Shown here: piece by piece, positions 51,001 through 64,000 of the stretch
Numbering within the stretch: position 1 is the stretch's first letter
Layout: each line of letters opens with the position of its first letter
Assembly (NCBI GenBank): GCA_036172245.1
Contig: JAYWIR010000027.1
Span: forward strand, 2,542,001 to 2,606,000
DNA length: 64,000 nucleotides
Direction of reading: 5' to 3'
Origin: Raillietiella orientalis
Lineage: Eukaryota
Translations under genes and position numbers: made by a program
The notes under the pieces: model-generated
What the model saw: only the letters and a program-made list of their open reading frames with translations
The model's database searches: none
Told to the model about the DNA's origin: nothing

Positions 51001-54000
51001 TTGCACTCAAGTCACTCCATCCCCGTTCACTGCTCGCGAGAGAGATCATCTGGTACTGCTACTGAGGGGGAGCGGTTTATGCACTGCCTCCTTCCTCCCG
51101 AGCTGCTGCTGCAAAGGAGGTCGCGCGAGAGAGGGCTCCCGGGTGACTTCAGTGCGGGGAGAAAATCTGCGTCGCCGCCTCTTCCGGAAGATCCAAAGAG
51201 CGCTGCATCACCGAAGGGAGGCCAGCAGTCCAGCAAGGAGGCTCTCCTCTAGTCAATCGTTCGGAAGTTTGCCTCTTCCCTACCTTCCTAAGACCTCAGT
51301 GACCCTGAGCCTCTCCCATTTCGAATTCCTCTTCCTGGCTGCGCGCTCTCCAGGGACTTCTGCTCCCTCCCACATTCCCTCTCCGCAATGGAGAGGGGGT
51401 CCTCTAGGCGGTTGACGAGGGAAGAACGCGGCCGGGCGTCTGACTCGTCGCGTCTCTTGCCCCGAGGGAGGCGGCACCCGTTGCTCAGACCCTGCTACGC
51501 ACCCGTTCCCTTCCTGGGGGAATTTCGTCCGGGGCGTTCACTCGATAAAACCGGAGGGATCTCCAGAGGGAGAGAAAGAGAAGTGCAGGGGAGGAGGAGG
51601 GGGGGTTCATACGCCCTCCTCTCCCAGGTTTCCCGAGGGCGGCGGAGAGATTCGCTCAAATTCGAGAAGGACGGAGAAGGAGGCGCAAATAAGGGGAGGG
51701 AGACGAAAGTTCGCTCCCGGAAAGCCTCGCTTCTCCAGCCCTTTCTTCGTGAAAGGGGGGATGTCGTTGGCGCATCGATCTTCCACTCGTGGCGGGTTGC
51801 TCCCCTTTGGCGCCTCCTTGAAGGGGGGAGGGGGGAGTTGGCCTTTTGAGAGCCCCCTTTCGCGAGAGGCGGCTGGGGAGAAAGGACGCCCCATCCATCC
51901 TTCTTCCCCCGCGACTCCTCTCGAGGAGGAGAACCCTTCATGGGTCACAGACTTCTCCCCGGAAGTGGGTCGTGACCACCCCCCTCCCGACCACCCTCAC
52001 TCACGTCCACATTCACCCCCGGCAAGGGGAACGTCTGCACTGCCTGCTCGTCGTTGGGGGAGAACCGGAAGAACTCAAGGGCGTCCTTGTACCACCTCAG
52101 GCTGTAGAGGGGGTTGCCCTTCAGGTCGTAGAGGCAGGTCAGCCGGACGGTGTCCCCGGCTCTGGGGTGGTGCGGCACGTGGAACCTCAGGATCTTCACC
52201 GCCGAGAATGTCCCTGCGTGGATGGTCGTGGTCGTGGTGGTGTCGTCGTGGGAGGTCTCTGCTGGAAATAAAAAAGGGAGTCATCTCCTTCTTGGGTCGT
52301 CGGCGCCTCCTACGTCACCAGGGCACGCGGACTTGCCTGCCGGCCTCGGCCTTGGTGGCAGCACTGCTGCTTCTCCCTCGGCGGACGCGGGAAGAGGGGG
52401 GAGCGAACGCGCTAGCGGGCGGGAGGGAAGGCGCAATCCACTCCTGCCCCTCAGGATCCTCGGTGGTGCTCTCCTCATGGACCGACTAGGCGGGCGTACA
52501 GGTTCCCCTCCCCTTTCCTACTCCGGGAGGTGGACGGCGCAGAAGGAAGGACTCCGAAGGGTGAACCGCCGCCCTCGGAATCCCGGGAGTGTAGTCCCGA
52601 GAGCGGGCAGTGGACGGAGAACCCTCGATTACCATTGAGCCGGGAAACGGGAAAGGGTTTTTCCTTCCACACCCTTCTCTGAGGCCGACCTCAAGGACCC
52701 CAACCTGCCACCCCCCCTCCCCGCAGAGTCGACGCTCCAGCGAGTAGATCGCCCGAGAATGATCCCGCGGATGCTCGCGCCGCGGGCAATGTTCCGAGCT
52801 ATGGCCGTCGCGCGATCTCGATGACCTCCAGGCAGGTAAGCGCCCGCGACGAAGGAGGGGGACGAGACCGGACAGCGCGGGTGTCTCAAGCCCCTCGGCA
52901 ACCCGCCTGGAGGCTCCTGACCTGAGGAACGCGGGGCTTCATTGCTCAGTCGAGCCGCGCCCTCCGTAGGCTGCTGCAGTGGAGGGGCGCCCGGAGTGCC
53001 CGCCAGCTCGTGCAGGAGGCGAGCCCATCTATGGAGCCTCCGCTGCCGCTTCCCTCGATGGGGGCGACTCGCAGACGGCTTCCACCAGCGACTCCGGAGA
53101 AAGCGAGTCGCCGCTTCCCCCTTCTTGTCTCCATTCCTCCTCCTTCTCTCTTCCTCCTCCTCCTTGCCTCCCCGCGTGCCCCGCAGTTCTCTACTGAATG
53201 TGCCAGCAGTGCGCTCCGGGTCGCGGAGGGAGGTTACATGCTCCCAGTCGGGCGGCTATCCAGGAGAGAGGGTCATCCGCCGCCGGGCAAAGACAGAATC
53301 AGTCGAGGGAAGCTCCCAGGGTTGCTGCAAACATCCATCCACTCCACCTCACCGCTAAGCGAGGGCTCAGCGCTCTTTCTGATCGCGAGTGCCCCGCGAG
53401 CGCGCCTCGGCCTGCCTTCCGTCCGACGCGCCTCCTCGACGGTCACGCGTGGCCGAGGCAAAGGGCCGAGGCGGTGGGGGTGCATCCATCCGCGTGGGCG
53501 GCTGTTGAGCATTCGCGGCTCCTGCGAACACAGGCATGGGCAAGGATGACCCGACGAGAACACCACGAGTGGGGAAGACGCGGTTCTCCGGAGCAGCTAG
53601 CAGCCCTGCGCGGAATCCGTGTCGCCCTCGCAACCCTCCTCGTTTCGACTCACCCCCCCCCTCCCCCTACTTTCCCGTCCCAGTGCGGCGCGCAGCCGGA
53701 TGAAGGAAGGGGGAGGGAAGAGGCCACCGAAGGCGACGGCTTAGAGGTCGACCGGCAGGCGGTGTGAGAGCACGTTCTTCCGATCGGACGCCGCGACGCT
53801 GCTGTCGCACCGCTCGCGCGGTGCTCACAAGGGTAAGCATGAAGAGGAAGCAGGAAATTTGAACGGGACCTTGGGACGAATGAGGGAGGAATGAGGAGAC
53901 TAGGTGCCCACGGGTATCCGAAGGACGCTGCCGTTTGGGTCCGAAGGCTTTCGATGTCGACCTGGTCCTCCATACTCCTCGGGTGCACGGGAAGCAGGGA

Positions 54001-57000
54001 GAGGGCTGGGGCTAGCGGAACGACAAGGAGAATGGGCAAAGGGAAGGAAGGGAGAGAACCGCGAATGAACGCGAGGAAGCGGCGCGGCAGCTGCCCTCGT
54101 CTGCCCGGCGCCGCCTGCCGGAAACTGTGACAGCCATCCTCGCCTGAGGCTCCATCTGACCAACTTCTGAAGCCCTGACCGCCGGATAGTCGCCTACCTT
54201 CTTTCCCCCGGGAGCCCCGAAAGTCCTCCGATAGCTGATGACAGCGTCTGCCCTCTGCGGCCAGGATGCATGCCCCGGACGTCACGGAAAGAGGAGACGC
54301 GGAGTGGCTCCATGCGCCTTTGGGAATTCGTCCCGCTGTGGGGACGTCTGGAATCTGGGAACCCTGCAGGAGGGCGAGGGGTGTGTAGCGCTCCTCAGCT
54401 GGGGGATGGCGACCTCGGCGCGCGCAGTGGACAGGCAATAGGCGGAGGTGCAAGAAGGGGCGACCACGTCGATCGAGCCTCCGAGATGGCGGGGAGCCTC
54501 CAGATTATCCGCCCAGAGGCGAGGGCGGAAGGAGAAGGAGCGTGCGAGCGAGCAGGGAGCGAGAGTCAGTGCCCTGCCCCGCGACGGCGGTGCACTCCCG
54601 CCGCGCCTCCCGGCGCGAATCCCCCGGGAGAGGAGCGCCGCTGAGCAGTGGTTCATTAAACCCCGGTAGGAGAGATTTATGGCTCCAGCGGAGGATGCGG
54701 TGCCGCTGCGCTGGGGAGCCGGGATCCTTTCCCTCCCCCCTCATTCCTTCCCTCCCCGGGACGCACGGATCGATGGGCGGGACCGACCTTGCCCCGTTCA
54801 GGGGCCAACCTGAGCACCGGAATCCTCCACTTCCGCCCTCTCTCACGCTCGTGGCGAAGGGAGAAAGAAGGAGCGGCTGACCCAGAGCACCCACCCGCAA
54901 GAGGGGAAGAAGGAAGGGGCCGGAGGCGCGAGAGGAGGAGCAAAAGGAGGAGGAAGGGAGTCCGTACGGCCTCCGCCGCCGCCAATGCTTCCCGGCGCGT
55001 CATCGGGAGAGCGGAGCGGGGAGAAAAGGGGAGTGCGGGGCTCTTCCTGCCTGCCCGCATTCGGCGGGTGGCCATGCGTGACTCCCCGAAGTCGTGGTAA
55101 GGAGCGGCGTGGTCGGTCGATTGGGCGGTCTCTCCAGGCAGAGTGCCGCCGCCATCCGCCAGGGGAAGGGGGGGGGATGCTTTTTGGGAAAGTTCGACGG
55201 GTATCCAGCGTTCAGTCTCTTTCCCCATCCCCCTTCCTCCGTTGAGGTGCACTCGTCGCCTAGGAGACGGGTTCATGCGCGCGTCCTTCCGCTTTTCCTC
55301 TGCAATACTGCTTGCATCCCCCTCATCCTCGGGGAAGACCAGGAAGGAGGCGCGTCGCTGCCCCTTCCTTGGCAGAGCGCCCTCCTTGGTCAGCAACCTG
55401 CCCCCGTGGAATTCCACCAGGACCCTCGGTCGTCGGGCGACCTCCGTCACCGGCGTGCTCCGGAAGGAGGACAGACGCCTAGCCCCGGAGGAAAGGGAGG
55501 AAGGAGGGGTATAGAGGGGGTTCCGAGCTGCGGTGTCTTGCCCGGCGATCCCTGACCGGTAGACGGCCGTTAATCAGCTGATACCATTTGGCGACGACCC
55601 TTTCTCGGGAGCGTTCCGGAATAGCGCCGCCCTTTGATTCAAAGATGGATGGCTCTTTCGTTCATTCATGGGGGAAATGTTTAGGGGGGATGGGTGCGAA
55701 GGGCTTTTAGCCTCAACTCCCCCCCCCTTCTCACTTCCTTCGCCAACGACTGCAGCAGCCTACAGAACAAAGCTGGAACAGTCCGTGAGACGGCGATCCT
55801 CTGGGGAGGCAGTCTGCGTCTCCACGGGAACAGGGAAAAGGCTACACCTTCCTCCCACCCCCACCCTCCTTCCTTCCTCCGCACAGTCGAGGTCATTCCG
55901 ACTTTGGTCAGCAGATGTGCTGATTGTCTCGTTGGGCCGAGCGCGCGACCGCAACAAAAAGCAAGCCGAGCGGCGATGGGCCTCGCGGGGGAAATGGGGA
56001 CGCTGGCTGCTCAGGGGTGGTTGCTGTGCGGGTTGACGCAGCACCACTGCTGTTTCTCTTCACTCCTCTTCCTCCCTCCCTTCCTTTTTTATTTTTTTTT
56101 GCATTCTTGTTCCCGTTGCCGCCTTCCCCCTTCGTTGATTGCGTGTGCGCGCGCGTTCTTACACCGCGAAATCTCCGGCGCTCCGGCGAGGCGCTGCACA
56201 CCATGAAAACTGTTCGCTTTGATTATCTGCTCTTCAAGTGCATCCACACTTCTTTCCTCCCGTCGAAAAAGTCCAAAGGTATTCTTTCCGAAGCGAGCAA
56301 ATGTTATTCCTAGCACCGGGAGGCGGGAGGGGGAGAAAGCGTTGTGCTTTCACATCTTCCACCAGTACAACCTCTTTATGACTGTCTTTTTGCGGTTGCA
56401 AATTTCCACTTCCCTCTCCTGGCGGTGTTTGGTCTGCAAACACTCGAAACGTCCTAGGAAATGAGGAAAACGCCCTGAGAAGGAAGAAATTCCCTCGACG
56501 GAGAGAATGGTCTCTGCTTCATAAGCCGCCTTCCGTCGAGGCCCCGGAGGTGTTGAACGATTTTTTTCCTCCTCCTCCTCCCCCCCCTTTTTTTTTTTAT
56601 CATAGCTTGATTGGATTTGAAAGAACTTGATCTTCAAGAAAACTACTACTCGCCTGTCGTCCTCGTCGGGGGCGAAATAGCCCGTAGTACTAGGAAATTC
56701 TGCTTCCTACCCTCATGGAGGAGTGAATGCGAGCCGAATCTTATGACCGCATCGGCGATCAGGGGATCAAATGGGAAGCGGATAAATGTCGAGCACGAGT
56801 TGGGCGCACAGACGGGGCAGCAGTCGCTCTCTCCAACCGGTTGCTTTGACCGAAGGCAGACTGGCAGAAGGCGCTTCCCTCTAACGCTCTGACACTCTGA
56901 GGTCCGCGATTCGGGCAAAGCCAGAAGCTGCTCCCAAGGCGGAATCGTGGGCGACCATCGTGCAGGGGGAGGGGGGGGGGCGTTTCAGAGCAAGTGGTCC

Positions 57001-59158
57001 AGCCGCATTCCCTGCGAGTTCCCGGGTAAGCGCGAACGACTGGGAACTCTCCGAAACGTGATCGCAGTTTGCGCACTCTGGTTTGCGCGGGACACATCGG
57101 CTACAGCCACCTGGCGTTGAACACGCACACACTTTCCTGGCACAAACACAAGGACACACTTCGTGCGACCGCGGGTCGACTTCGAACACGCGGCAGCCGC
57201 CTAGGCCTAGCAGCGGTAGCCTAGGCGAGAGGACTCGAAGCTCGCCAACAATGCCGGCGGCGTGACCACGGCAACCTGAGGAGTCCGCTCTCGCCCCGTT
57301 CCCGTTCCGCACATCTCCTCCCCCTCCCCCCCTCCGAGTACTGGCAGCGGGCAGCGAGGGTGTCCGGGATTTTCTTCCCTAATGTTGCGTACCTGCCGAT
57401 TTCAACGGGGAGAGAAGGCAAGTCCAGCTGAATGGAGACGTAGGGCTGCGATCCGTCTCTCCGAATCGCCATGCAAGCCGAGCTGGCGGAGCCCATTATC
57501 TCTCCTTGACGCCGCCGTTTCAGGTATGCAAAAGTAATTTTGAGAAATGAATTCGGTTACTGGGCACGGCAGATTCCGGCAGGGACTCAGTCCAATCCGG
57601 AAGAGAGCAATGGCATTTTAAATTAAGATAAAAAAGAAGCGGAGCGAGGAAGGGGGGAGGAGGACCGGGAAAAAAAAATAAATATACACAAATAAATCTC
57701 GGAACAATAGGAGAGGGAGCCCAGGTCTCCAGGGAGACGACGCTCGCGTTTCAAACTCGGGCAAATGAACGAGGATAGAAAAGGAGGCCTGCTTGAAATT
57801 CTTTAAGAAGAGCGGATCTTCGGCGTCGAGTCCGGGAATGATAAACTCCTCTGAAACGAATAATAGCTTAAAATGCAAACTTAATGGGATGAACATGGGA
57901 AATTGAAAGCGGGATCCTTCCTCACTTCCACCTGGGAATAGGCAGCCAGCTCTGCGAAGGCAGCCGCTGTGCCTCCCTCCTTTTTTTTTCTTCTTTCTTT
58001 CTTCCAGGAGGGATGGGAGGAGTAAAGGGGGAAGGGAGGGGAGAGGGTTCTTCATTCGCCTCCCTCCCCGAATCCCTTCCCCAGTCACCTCCTTTTCTCC
58101 TTCTCGCCCTGCCCTCCTTTCCGACCCCGGGGGGCACGCCACGCACGCACTCTTCCTAAAAATAAGTGCCTGGATGAGCTGCGTCAGAGCCGCTTCGCTC
58201 TTGGTGACGCTAATGTAGAGGGATTTTTTCTGGGGCTCCCGCGAAAGTTTGTCTTCGAAGTCCGGGACGGCCGGGAAGAGGCTCCTCCCATCATCGCGCA
58301 GCAACCGGAGACACGGCGAGTCAGCTCTGGAGCGGACAGCGGCGGCGACGGCGCGGGGACGTGAGGGCAACAGGGGGAGGAGGAGGAAGAGGAAGGGATC
58401 TCTGCTCTCATCCGATATCACTTTCTGGACCTTCTGTCGCCCGCGAGAAGGGCGACTCCTCCCTCCCTATCAGGATGCGGGTGGGCAGGCAGACTCCCCG
58501 CTTGCGTCCTGGAAGCCGCGGAAGATCGCCCTCAGCGGTCACCAGCCAACTTCTTCCCCCCTCTTCCCTAGGAAGAGCCTGCTGGAGGCGAGGCCGGAAG
58601 GAGGAGAAAGGCGGCGAGCTCGTTCGCTTCCGGGTCTTAGGCTTCCTTGGGTCTTAGGCGCGACCTCCCGGCTGGGCGCACGGGAGCGGCGCGGCGAGGA
58701 CTCCTCCGGGAAGCGTGGGACCTCCTTCTTGGGAGGAAGACCGCGGTCCTTTTCCCTCGAGGGAGACCCGGGGGAGAAGCCCAGGAGAGTGGGGAAGCTG
58801 CGGAGGAAGAGAGGCAGTCTCCTGGGCGGGCAAGAGGAGCGTGCGCACTCATCTGGAAAACGGGAAGAGGGAGGATCGGCCTATGGAGACCGCCGCACCT
58901 CACCGCCCGTGGTGGCGGCAACCGGCAGCGCTCATGCGCTCCCTCCGGCGGAAGGCAGAAGAAGAAGGTGGAACGAAGGGATCTCGTGAGCGCGGAGGTT
59001 GGGAGGCAGGACCGGAGGTCCGCCTCTCTCCGAAGAGAGGACCCACGGGAAGAGACCCTCCCCCCGCCCCCTCCCTCTCCCGAATCCCTACCTGCTTCCT
59101 GGAGGCAGCACAGCAGGAGAGCGAGGCACGGCAGCCGCGCGAGACCGAGGAGTCCCAT
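48004..59158 (-). CDS. beat: Beaten-path (beat) family Ig-domain protein; exons 59158-59092 (signal peptide), 52261-52005, 49025-48890, 48821-48694, 48384-(48165 or 48004); 3' end uncertain
   Basis: MGLLGLARLPCLALLLCCLQEA joins in phase to VRLTCLYDLKGNPLYSLRWYKDALEFFRF..FPLPGVNVD, SSGKYRCEVSADAPTFQT, ANCSSAP..KLAWFVND and LHLSCLA, the typical beat V-set plus C2 Ig signature. The paralogue cannot be assigned. Confidence 0.87.
50362..50656 (+). mobile_element. Copy D: ~295-bp extremely 5'-truncated L1/Tx1-family insertion in a beat intron
   Basis: RDLNGIMQRMDPPNSGL* matches the copy C ORF2 end; T-rich tract, hairpins and AATAAACGCCCCGGCGTGACCGTGTAGCA; flanked by CTCCCCGAA(T/G)CGGA at 50348-50361 and 50657-50670. 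Confidence 0.88.
57040..57260 (-). mobile_element. Possible decayed gag-like zinc-knuckle remnant in beat intron 1
   Basis: CSRCVPRKPECANCDHVSES resembles the PKCANCxxxH knuckle of non-LTR ORF1 proteins. Confidence 0.25.
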
Positions 59159-62100
59159 GAAGGCGCGGCGGCGGCGGCAGCAGCGGCAGGAACGGGAGGC
59201 ACGCGCGGACTTTCCGCCGCCGGGAGGGAACGGCTGGAGGCCGCGCTCGCGCCGCGGCGTCCCCATGCAGCCTCCTCGGACCGCCCGTCGCCGCCGCCGG
59301 GAAGGGAAGAAAGGGACGGTCGCGTAAACGACGATGGGGAGAAAAGAGGGAGAAGGAAGGAGGTTCCGGGTGCCCTCGCATCCCGGACCTCCCTCCTCCC
59401 TCGCGATGGGGACACCAATTTCCGAGGTCGCCTCCCCTCCCTCCGAGAACTGAGGAAGATGCTGCCGGCTTGGGTTCTTCCCCCCGGCGGAGCTCCTCAA
59501 GCGAGGGATCACGTGACCTCTCGCGCCTGGGGGGAGCGCGCTCTTCCGAGTGCCGCCGTGGCACTTCCGTCTTCCCGTCCGGCCCCACGACAGGAGAGCT
59601 TCCACACCTTGGCAACCGGGACCGACTGCTCTCAACTACGGTGCCACCGAGTGCGCCTCCCCGCTCCTTTGCTAGTCGATGAGCCAGAGGGAGCGTCCCC
59701 GGCGTCGGACACCCTTCCACCTCTTCCCGTCCAGAAGCCCACACCCTCCCGCCGAAACGCTCGCGCCGGGAAGGACTGGGAAGAGGCTCCGGGCTCAAAC
59801 GAACCTCCTCCTCCCCCCCCTCTTCTCTCTCCCTCTCCCCATCTCCTTCCGTGCATTTTTCTTCTTCTCCTCTTCCTCTTTGCCTCGGTTTCCCGGGGGG
59901 GTTGCGCTCTCCTTCCCTTCCAGCCCGCTGCCGCCCTTCCGCTGGATCGAACCTTCCTCCAGACTGGCGTTCCAGGCGGTGGCAGGGACGAAGGTCCCCC
60001 GAGAGACGGCGGTGTGCCTATCGCCTCCTCTTTCATTCCAGCCCGCCGCGCGCCGGCGGACGGTCTCGGCCCCCTCGCTGGTGCCCCCTCCTCCTCCTCC
60101 CCCTCTCCCTGGTCGGCCGCTCGTCGCGAGTCCCCGACCGCAAGAGCCGGACGGGACGGCGAGCCTCCAGCCCACGCCAAAGACAGCAGCGCGCCGACGT
60201 CGAGCGAGCTGCGGTGGAACGGCGCAGGCCCTTCCGACCACAGCGGGGCAGTGGGCGAAGGGGAGAGGGGAATGGTTGGAGGTCACTCCGGACTACAGAG
60301 GGGCAGGCGTGTTCCGCAAGCGCGACGGCAAGCCGGAGCAAACTGAACGGCGCGAGAGAGAGAGAGAGAAAGAGGAGGGGGGGGAGAGAAATTAACCAGA
60401 GTTCTGAAATCTTCCCGCGTTCGCATCTTCGGGGCGTCACGCTGAGGAGCAGCGGCTACTCTTCCTCATTAGGTATTCGCCACAGCGCACAAGGATGAAG
60501 GAAAAAAAGGGAAAAAGGAAAAAAGGGGGGGGAGGAGGACGGGGGAGGAGGAGGAGGGGAGGCAAAGGAAACGCGCGTGCAAACAAACAGTCCTCTCCGC
60601 TCCTGTTTGTCCCGTTCCGGGATCCTCCGCGATCAATGGAGGAAACCACGTTAGTTAAATGAAGAATCACGATGAAGAAAGGAGAGTGCCGCAGGGTTTT
60701 CCCCTTCGCTCCTCCCCTTTCCCCCCTCCTCCTTGCAGGTTCCCGCAGTGCTCCCGTTCAGCGCTCTAGAGGCGGAAATCCCCTCCCTCTGCCCAACGCG
60801 TGCGGGGAGGCAGGCGAATGGGGCAGGTCGCTCGCGCACGCCGATTCCCGGACCAGCCGCGCGATGAGGGACTGCCCCACCCGTGTCCCGGGGAGGGCGG
60901 GCATTTGTTCAGGCCCCTGGACGCGGAACGGACTGCGCTCTTCCGTGTCTCCACGCGGCTGCTCCCGTCGGGAGTCCAGAACGACTCCCGCGCGGGCGCT
61001 GACGCGGAGGTCCCGGGGCACGACTCCGAGAGGTCGCAAGCGGCTCTCATCAGGCAGAGTCCCTCCTCCGCGCGAGGAAAGCACCACTCGAAAGCGGGGC
61101 AGCGAGCCACCACCGCAAGCACGTCGAACGGATCGGATGGATCGATCAATCCAGCACGGGATGGCAGGCGACGGGACCGCAGCCAAAGGACGCTACCCCC
61201 GACGCCACCTCGCGGCCAGCGACGTTTGCTCCGTTTCCAGCGGCGTTCCAGAGACCCGACCTCCCCTTTCCCCCCAACCCCCTAACCAATCTCCTGCGAA
61301 TCGCGTCACGGGAGCATCAGCGCGTCCGAACGCTTCCGCCGGCGGCGCGCAATCGCGTAAGGAGCGCCGCTGTGGGCAATCTCGGGCGTGGCGACTGGCA
61401 CGCGGCGGGCGAAAGGGCTCGACGCGGCAGGCGCGCCGGCGAGCGGAAAGGGAAATTCGCCGACGGCGCTGCTGCCATCTCCGCAGCCGACCGCCTTCAG
61501 TCCGCCTCCCCTCAGCACCTGGGCATCGATCGCCAACCGATTTTGCAGGGAGCCAAGCGGAGGCTGCGGCTGCTGATGCTGTATCTCCGTCGTGCTAGGA
61601 ACAGCCCGAAGCGAATTCTCCCCCACCTTGAACTTGCTCTTCTCCTCCCCCTCCTTGTTCTCTCGAAGCTCCTTTGTCCTCGGAGTCCGAAGTGCCCTCG
61701 TCCTTCTAGAGCTTCCATCCGGGAAAAGCAGCAGCGAACCAGCATGCACTCCTCCTCCGCTTTCCCTTTCCCTTCTGGAAGATGCACACCTCATGGGAGG
61801 CAGCGTTCGGTCCAGACGAGACACTCAATGGCGCGCATTGATCCCATGACGAAGAGCACCGCTCGCTCCCGGGCAAGAGGCCCGGAGACTCTTTCGGAAC
61901 CGTCAGGGCACGCGTGCGTCTCTCCGCTCGACCAGGCGGCCTGCTAGGCGGCGGCGCCTCCGGAGGGTTTCGCTCTGCCCATGACTCCCATCCTCGGACC
62001 GTCCTCAGCCGTGCGCCTTCCGGCAATTTTCGCGCATGGGCGACCCCGCTCGAGCAGCGAGAGATCCTCGGGACGAGGCGTGGTGTGAACCGCAGCTCCC

Positions 62101-62524
62101 ATGACCGTTGCCATGGCATCGGCTCCCTAATCAGCCCTGTGCTCCGATGGATGGCTGCCCTTCGGAAGGTCCTCTCCCCCCGGAGTTGACATCGAGTTCC
62201 CGAGGAAGAGAGAGCGCGCGAGTTCCGTGCGGGGTCGAGCGGGATTTCCTAGAGGTCGCGAAGACGTTTGGCCTTCCACGGCAGTGGACCCTAGCAGGTC
62301 GTGAGTGACCAGCTCTGTTGCCTCTGCTGGCGTTCGTCTTAGGCTCGACGACTGGTCCCTCTCGGAGGTCGTAGGCGAACAGGGCTCCTGAAACGACGGT
62401 GGAAACTCACTCCTTCCGACCCGCGCCCCTTCCCCCATCGGCACTGTCTCTCTGGTCGCTTCTAGGGGTCCTTCAACGCCCTGTTCAGACGACGAGCAGA
62501 TCCCCTCCGTCTCCCGCCTACCAG

Positions 62525-64000
62525 CTATTTTTTTGTTTTTGGAGCTTTTTTCTTCCCCTTTCTATTGGCTTGCTGAGTGCTCAAAGAACCGCTCGCCTCC
62601 TTTGGGGTGTCTCACGAAGCTCTTCAAGAATTGCCCACACCACCCGGGGGTGCACATTAACTCTTCAAGTTAGGAGGCACCCTGGGGGACCCCCTATGAA
62701 TCCAGGAAGGTTCTGCTGGAAGAATTCCGTTCCTCTCACGTCGTAGTTGCTTCCTATCGACCCGAACACGCCGGGGCGTTCCTGAAAATGTGAAATAACC
62801 TCATAACTTGTGGTTGGTCACCAGGATCCGCCGGGGCATTTATTATAAAAAAAATCATTATAAAAGTCGCTGTCCACATTGCAGATTCGTGGTAGAACAT
62901 TTGGTTCTACCACACGCGAAGGACTTGCCAAAAGCCGGTACGTAGACCGGTGAGGTCCGTTCCATTGCGAAAGGTGAGGGAAAACTACAAAAAAAAAAAA
63001 GAGAAAAAATAAGGAGAGGGGAAGTTTCCTAGGGAAGGAAGGGGAGGAGAGAGAAAGGATCACTGTTCACCTAAGGACGTCCTCTGCATCCTGTTCAGGA
63101 TGCTGACAAGTGCTGTTTTGGCATTGTCCAGGTGGGTCCATCTCGTCGTGCAGTGGATGACGTCCCTGCCATTTCGCCCTCTCCTTGTTGCGTTCCAGCA
63201 TGCCACGATTCCACGGACACAGAACTGCTAGGGACGGCTGGAAGAAGATCGGTACGCCGGGGGAAGAGTCGGAAAATGTCCTTTGGTTCGCCCGCCAGTT
63301 TTCCTAGGATCATTGAGAGACGGATCCAAAGAGGTCGAAGGGCAAAACAGTCTACGAATAAGTGCGGGAAGGTGTCTTTGTGGCCGCCCCTTTCACAACC
63401 CCTTTTACCTGCCTCCGATCAAGCAGGAGACCCCCATTACAGTGGTTGGCTACTGCCAATTGCCCTCCTCAGGAAGGGTGTCGTTGCCGCGAGGGGTTCC
63501 GCATCGCCCACGCGATTACGAAAGCAACTCCAAAGACGACCACTTCCTTATTCTCTCTGGAGAGACCCCCTGGAAAGAATCCGCTCCTTGATTCCTCCTC
63601 TGAAGAGAACTCCGAAGGTCCCTATTTCTCCCAAGGTTCGCTTCCCGAAGAGAACGAAGCGCTTGTTGACCCTGTGGAGGGGTGTCAATTAGCTAGCTCG
63701 CCAATTGGCAGCTCCATGGTCCCCTCGAAAGGGAGGGTCTCCCTTTTCGAGGTAAGGGACGACTCCCCTTTCGCAATCGGAGAGGAACAACTCCGAAGGG
63801 CTCTTTGATTCCTGGAAAGACCTTAACAGGCTGACTTCCAGTCCCAGACAGTCAACGAAAGCATCCGGCCTCTGGCTAACATCAAGCCGCACCTTAAAGT
63901 GGCAGGAGTCGGCATTGAAGCTGCTGCACTGGAACCTTCCGTGCAACGCCCGCTGACACCATTGGACCCGGGGGAGGAGGTGGGGCCAAACTGCGGCAGC
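62525..64000 (-). mobile_element. Copy F2 of the second repeat family (62525-62740 and ~63540->64000), interrupted by copy E
   Basis: Both halves match sequence that is contiguous in F1 (12480-13215). Confidence 0.5.
62814..63470 (-). mobile_element. Copy E: 5'-truncated L1/Tx1-family element nested in F2
   Basis: Minus strand DTFPHLFVDCFAL and the ORF2 end; hairpins at 62889-62913 and 62934-62951; ends AATAAATGCCCCGGCGGATCCTGGTGACCAA. The 5' boundary is approximate. Confidence 0.82.

Noticed and set aside
58715..60346. 543-aa ORF and the many other long overlapping ORFs in GC-rich blocks
   Set aside because: Low-complexity R/G/P/A translations expected from stop-poor GC-rich DNA; no domain motifs; this one is antisense to beat exon 1.
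62798..63448. Apparent target-site duplication around copy E (GTGGTTGG at both ends)
   Set aside because: The right-hand copy also aligns to ORF2 sequence and the match is degenerate.

Overview
Eukaryotic, very probably arthropod, genomic DNA (beat-family, Tmhs and insect-type NDUFV3 genes; GT-AG introns as short as 41 nt). It is a mosaic of GC/CpG-rich blocks (~1-13.4 kb, 20.3-26.3 kb, 45.5-64 kb) and AT-rich blocks. Six spliced genes were reconstructed by hand: a Gfo/Idh/MocA (inositol dehydrogenase-like) gene that has lost its catalytic Lys and His, NDUFV3 (hidden from the ORF track), Tmhs/LHFPL, GTF3C3, DLST and a beaten-path (beat) Ig gene. The most interesting element is a family of L1/Tx1-clade non-LTR retrotransposon fragments (five copies plus one terminal stub). 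They share a structured 3' module: U-rich tract, two covarying hairpins, AATAAA and a terminal GC hairpin ending GCA(A). In two copies target-site duplications show the element ends at that hairpin with no poly(A) tail. Also present: a second repeat family, a perfect 57-bp fold-back upstream of Tmhs, an AT-rich satellite-like island in an intron, and purine/pyrimidine block-patterned patches. All calls are by-eye recognition; no searches were run.
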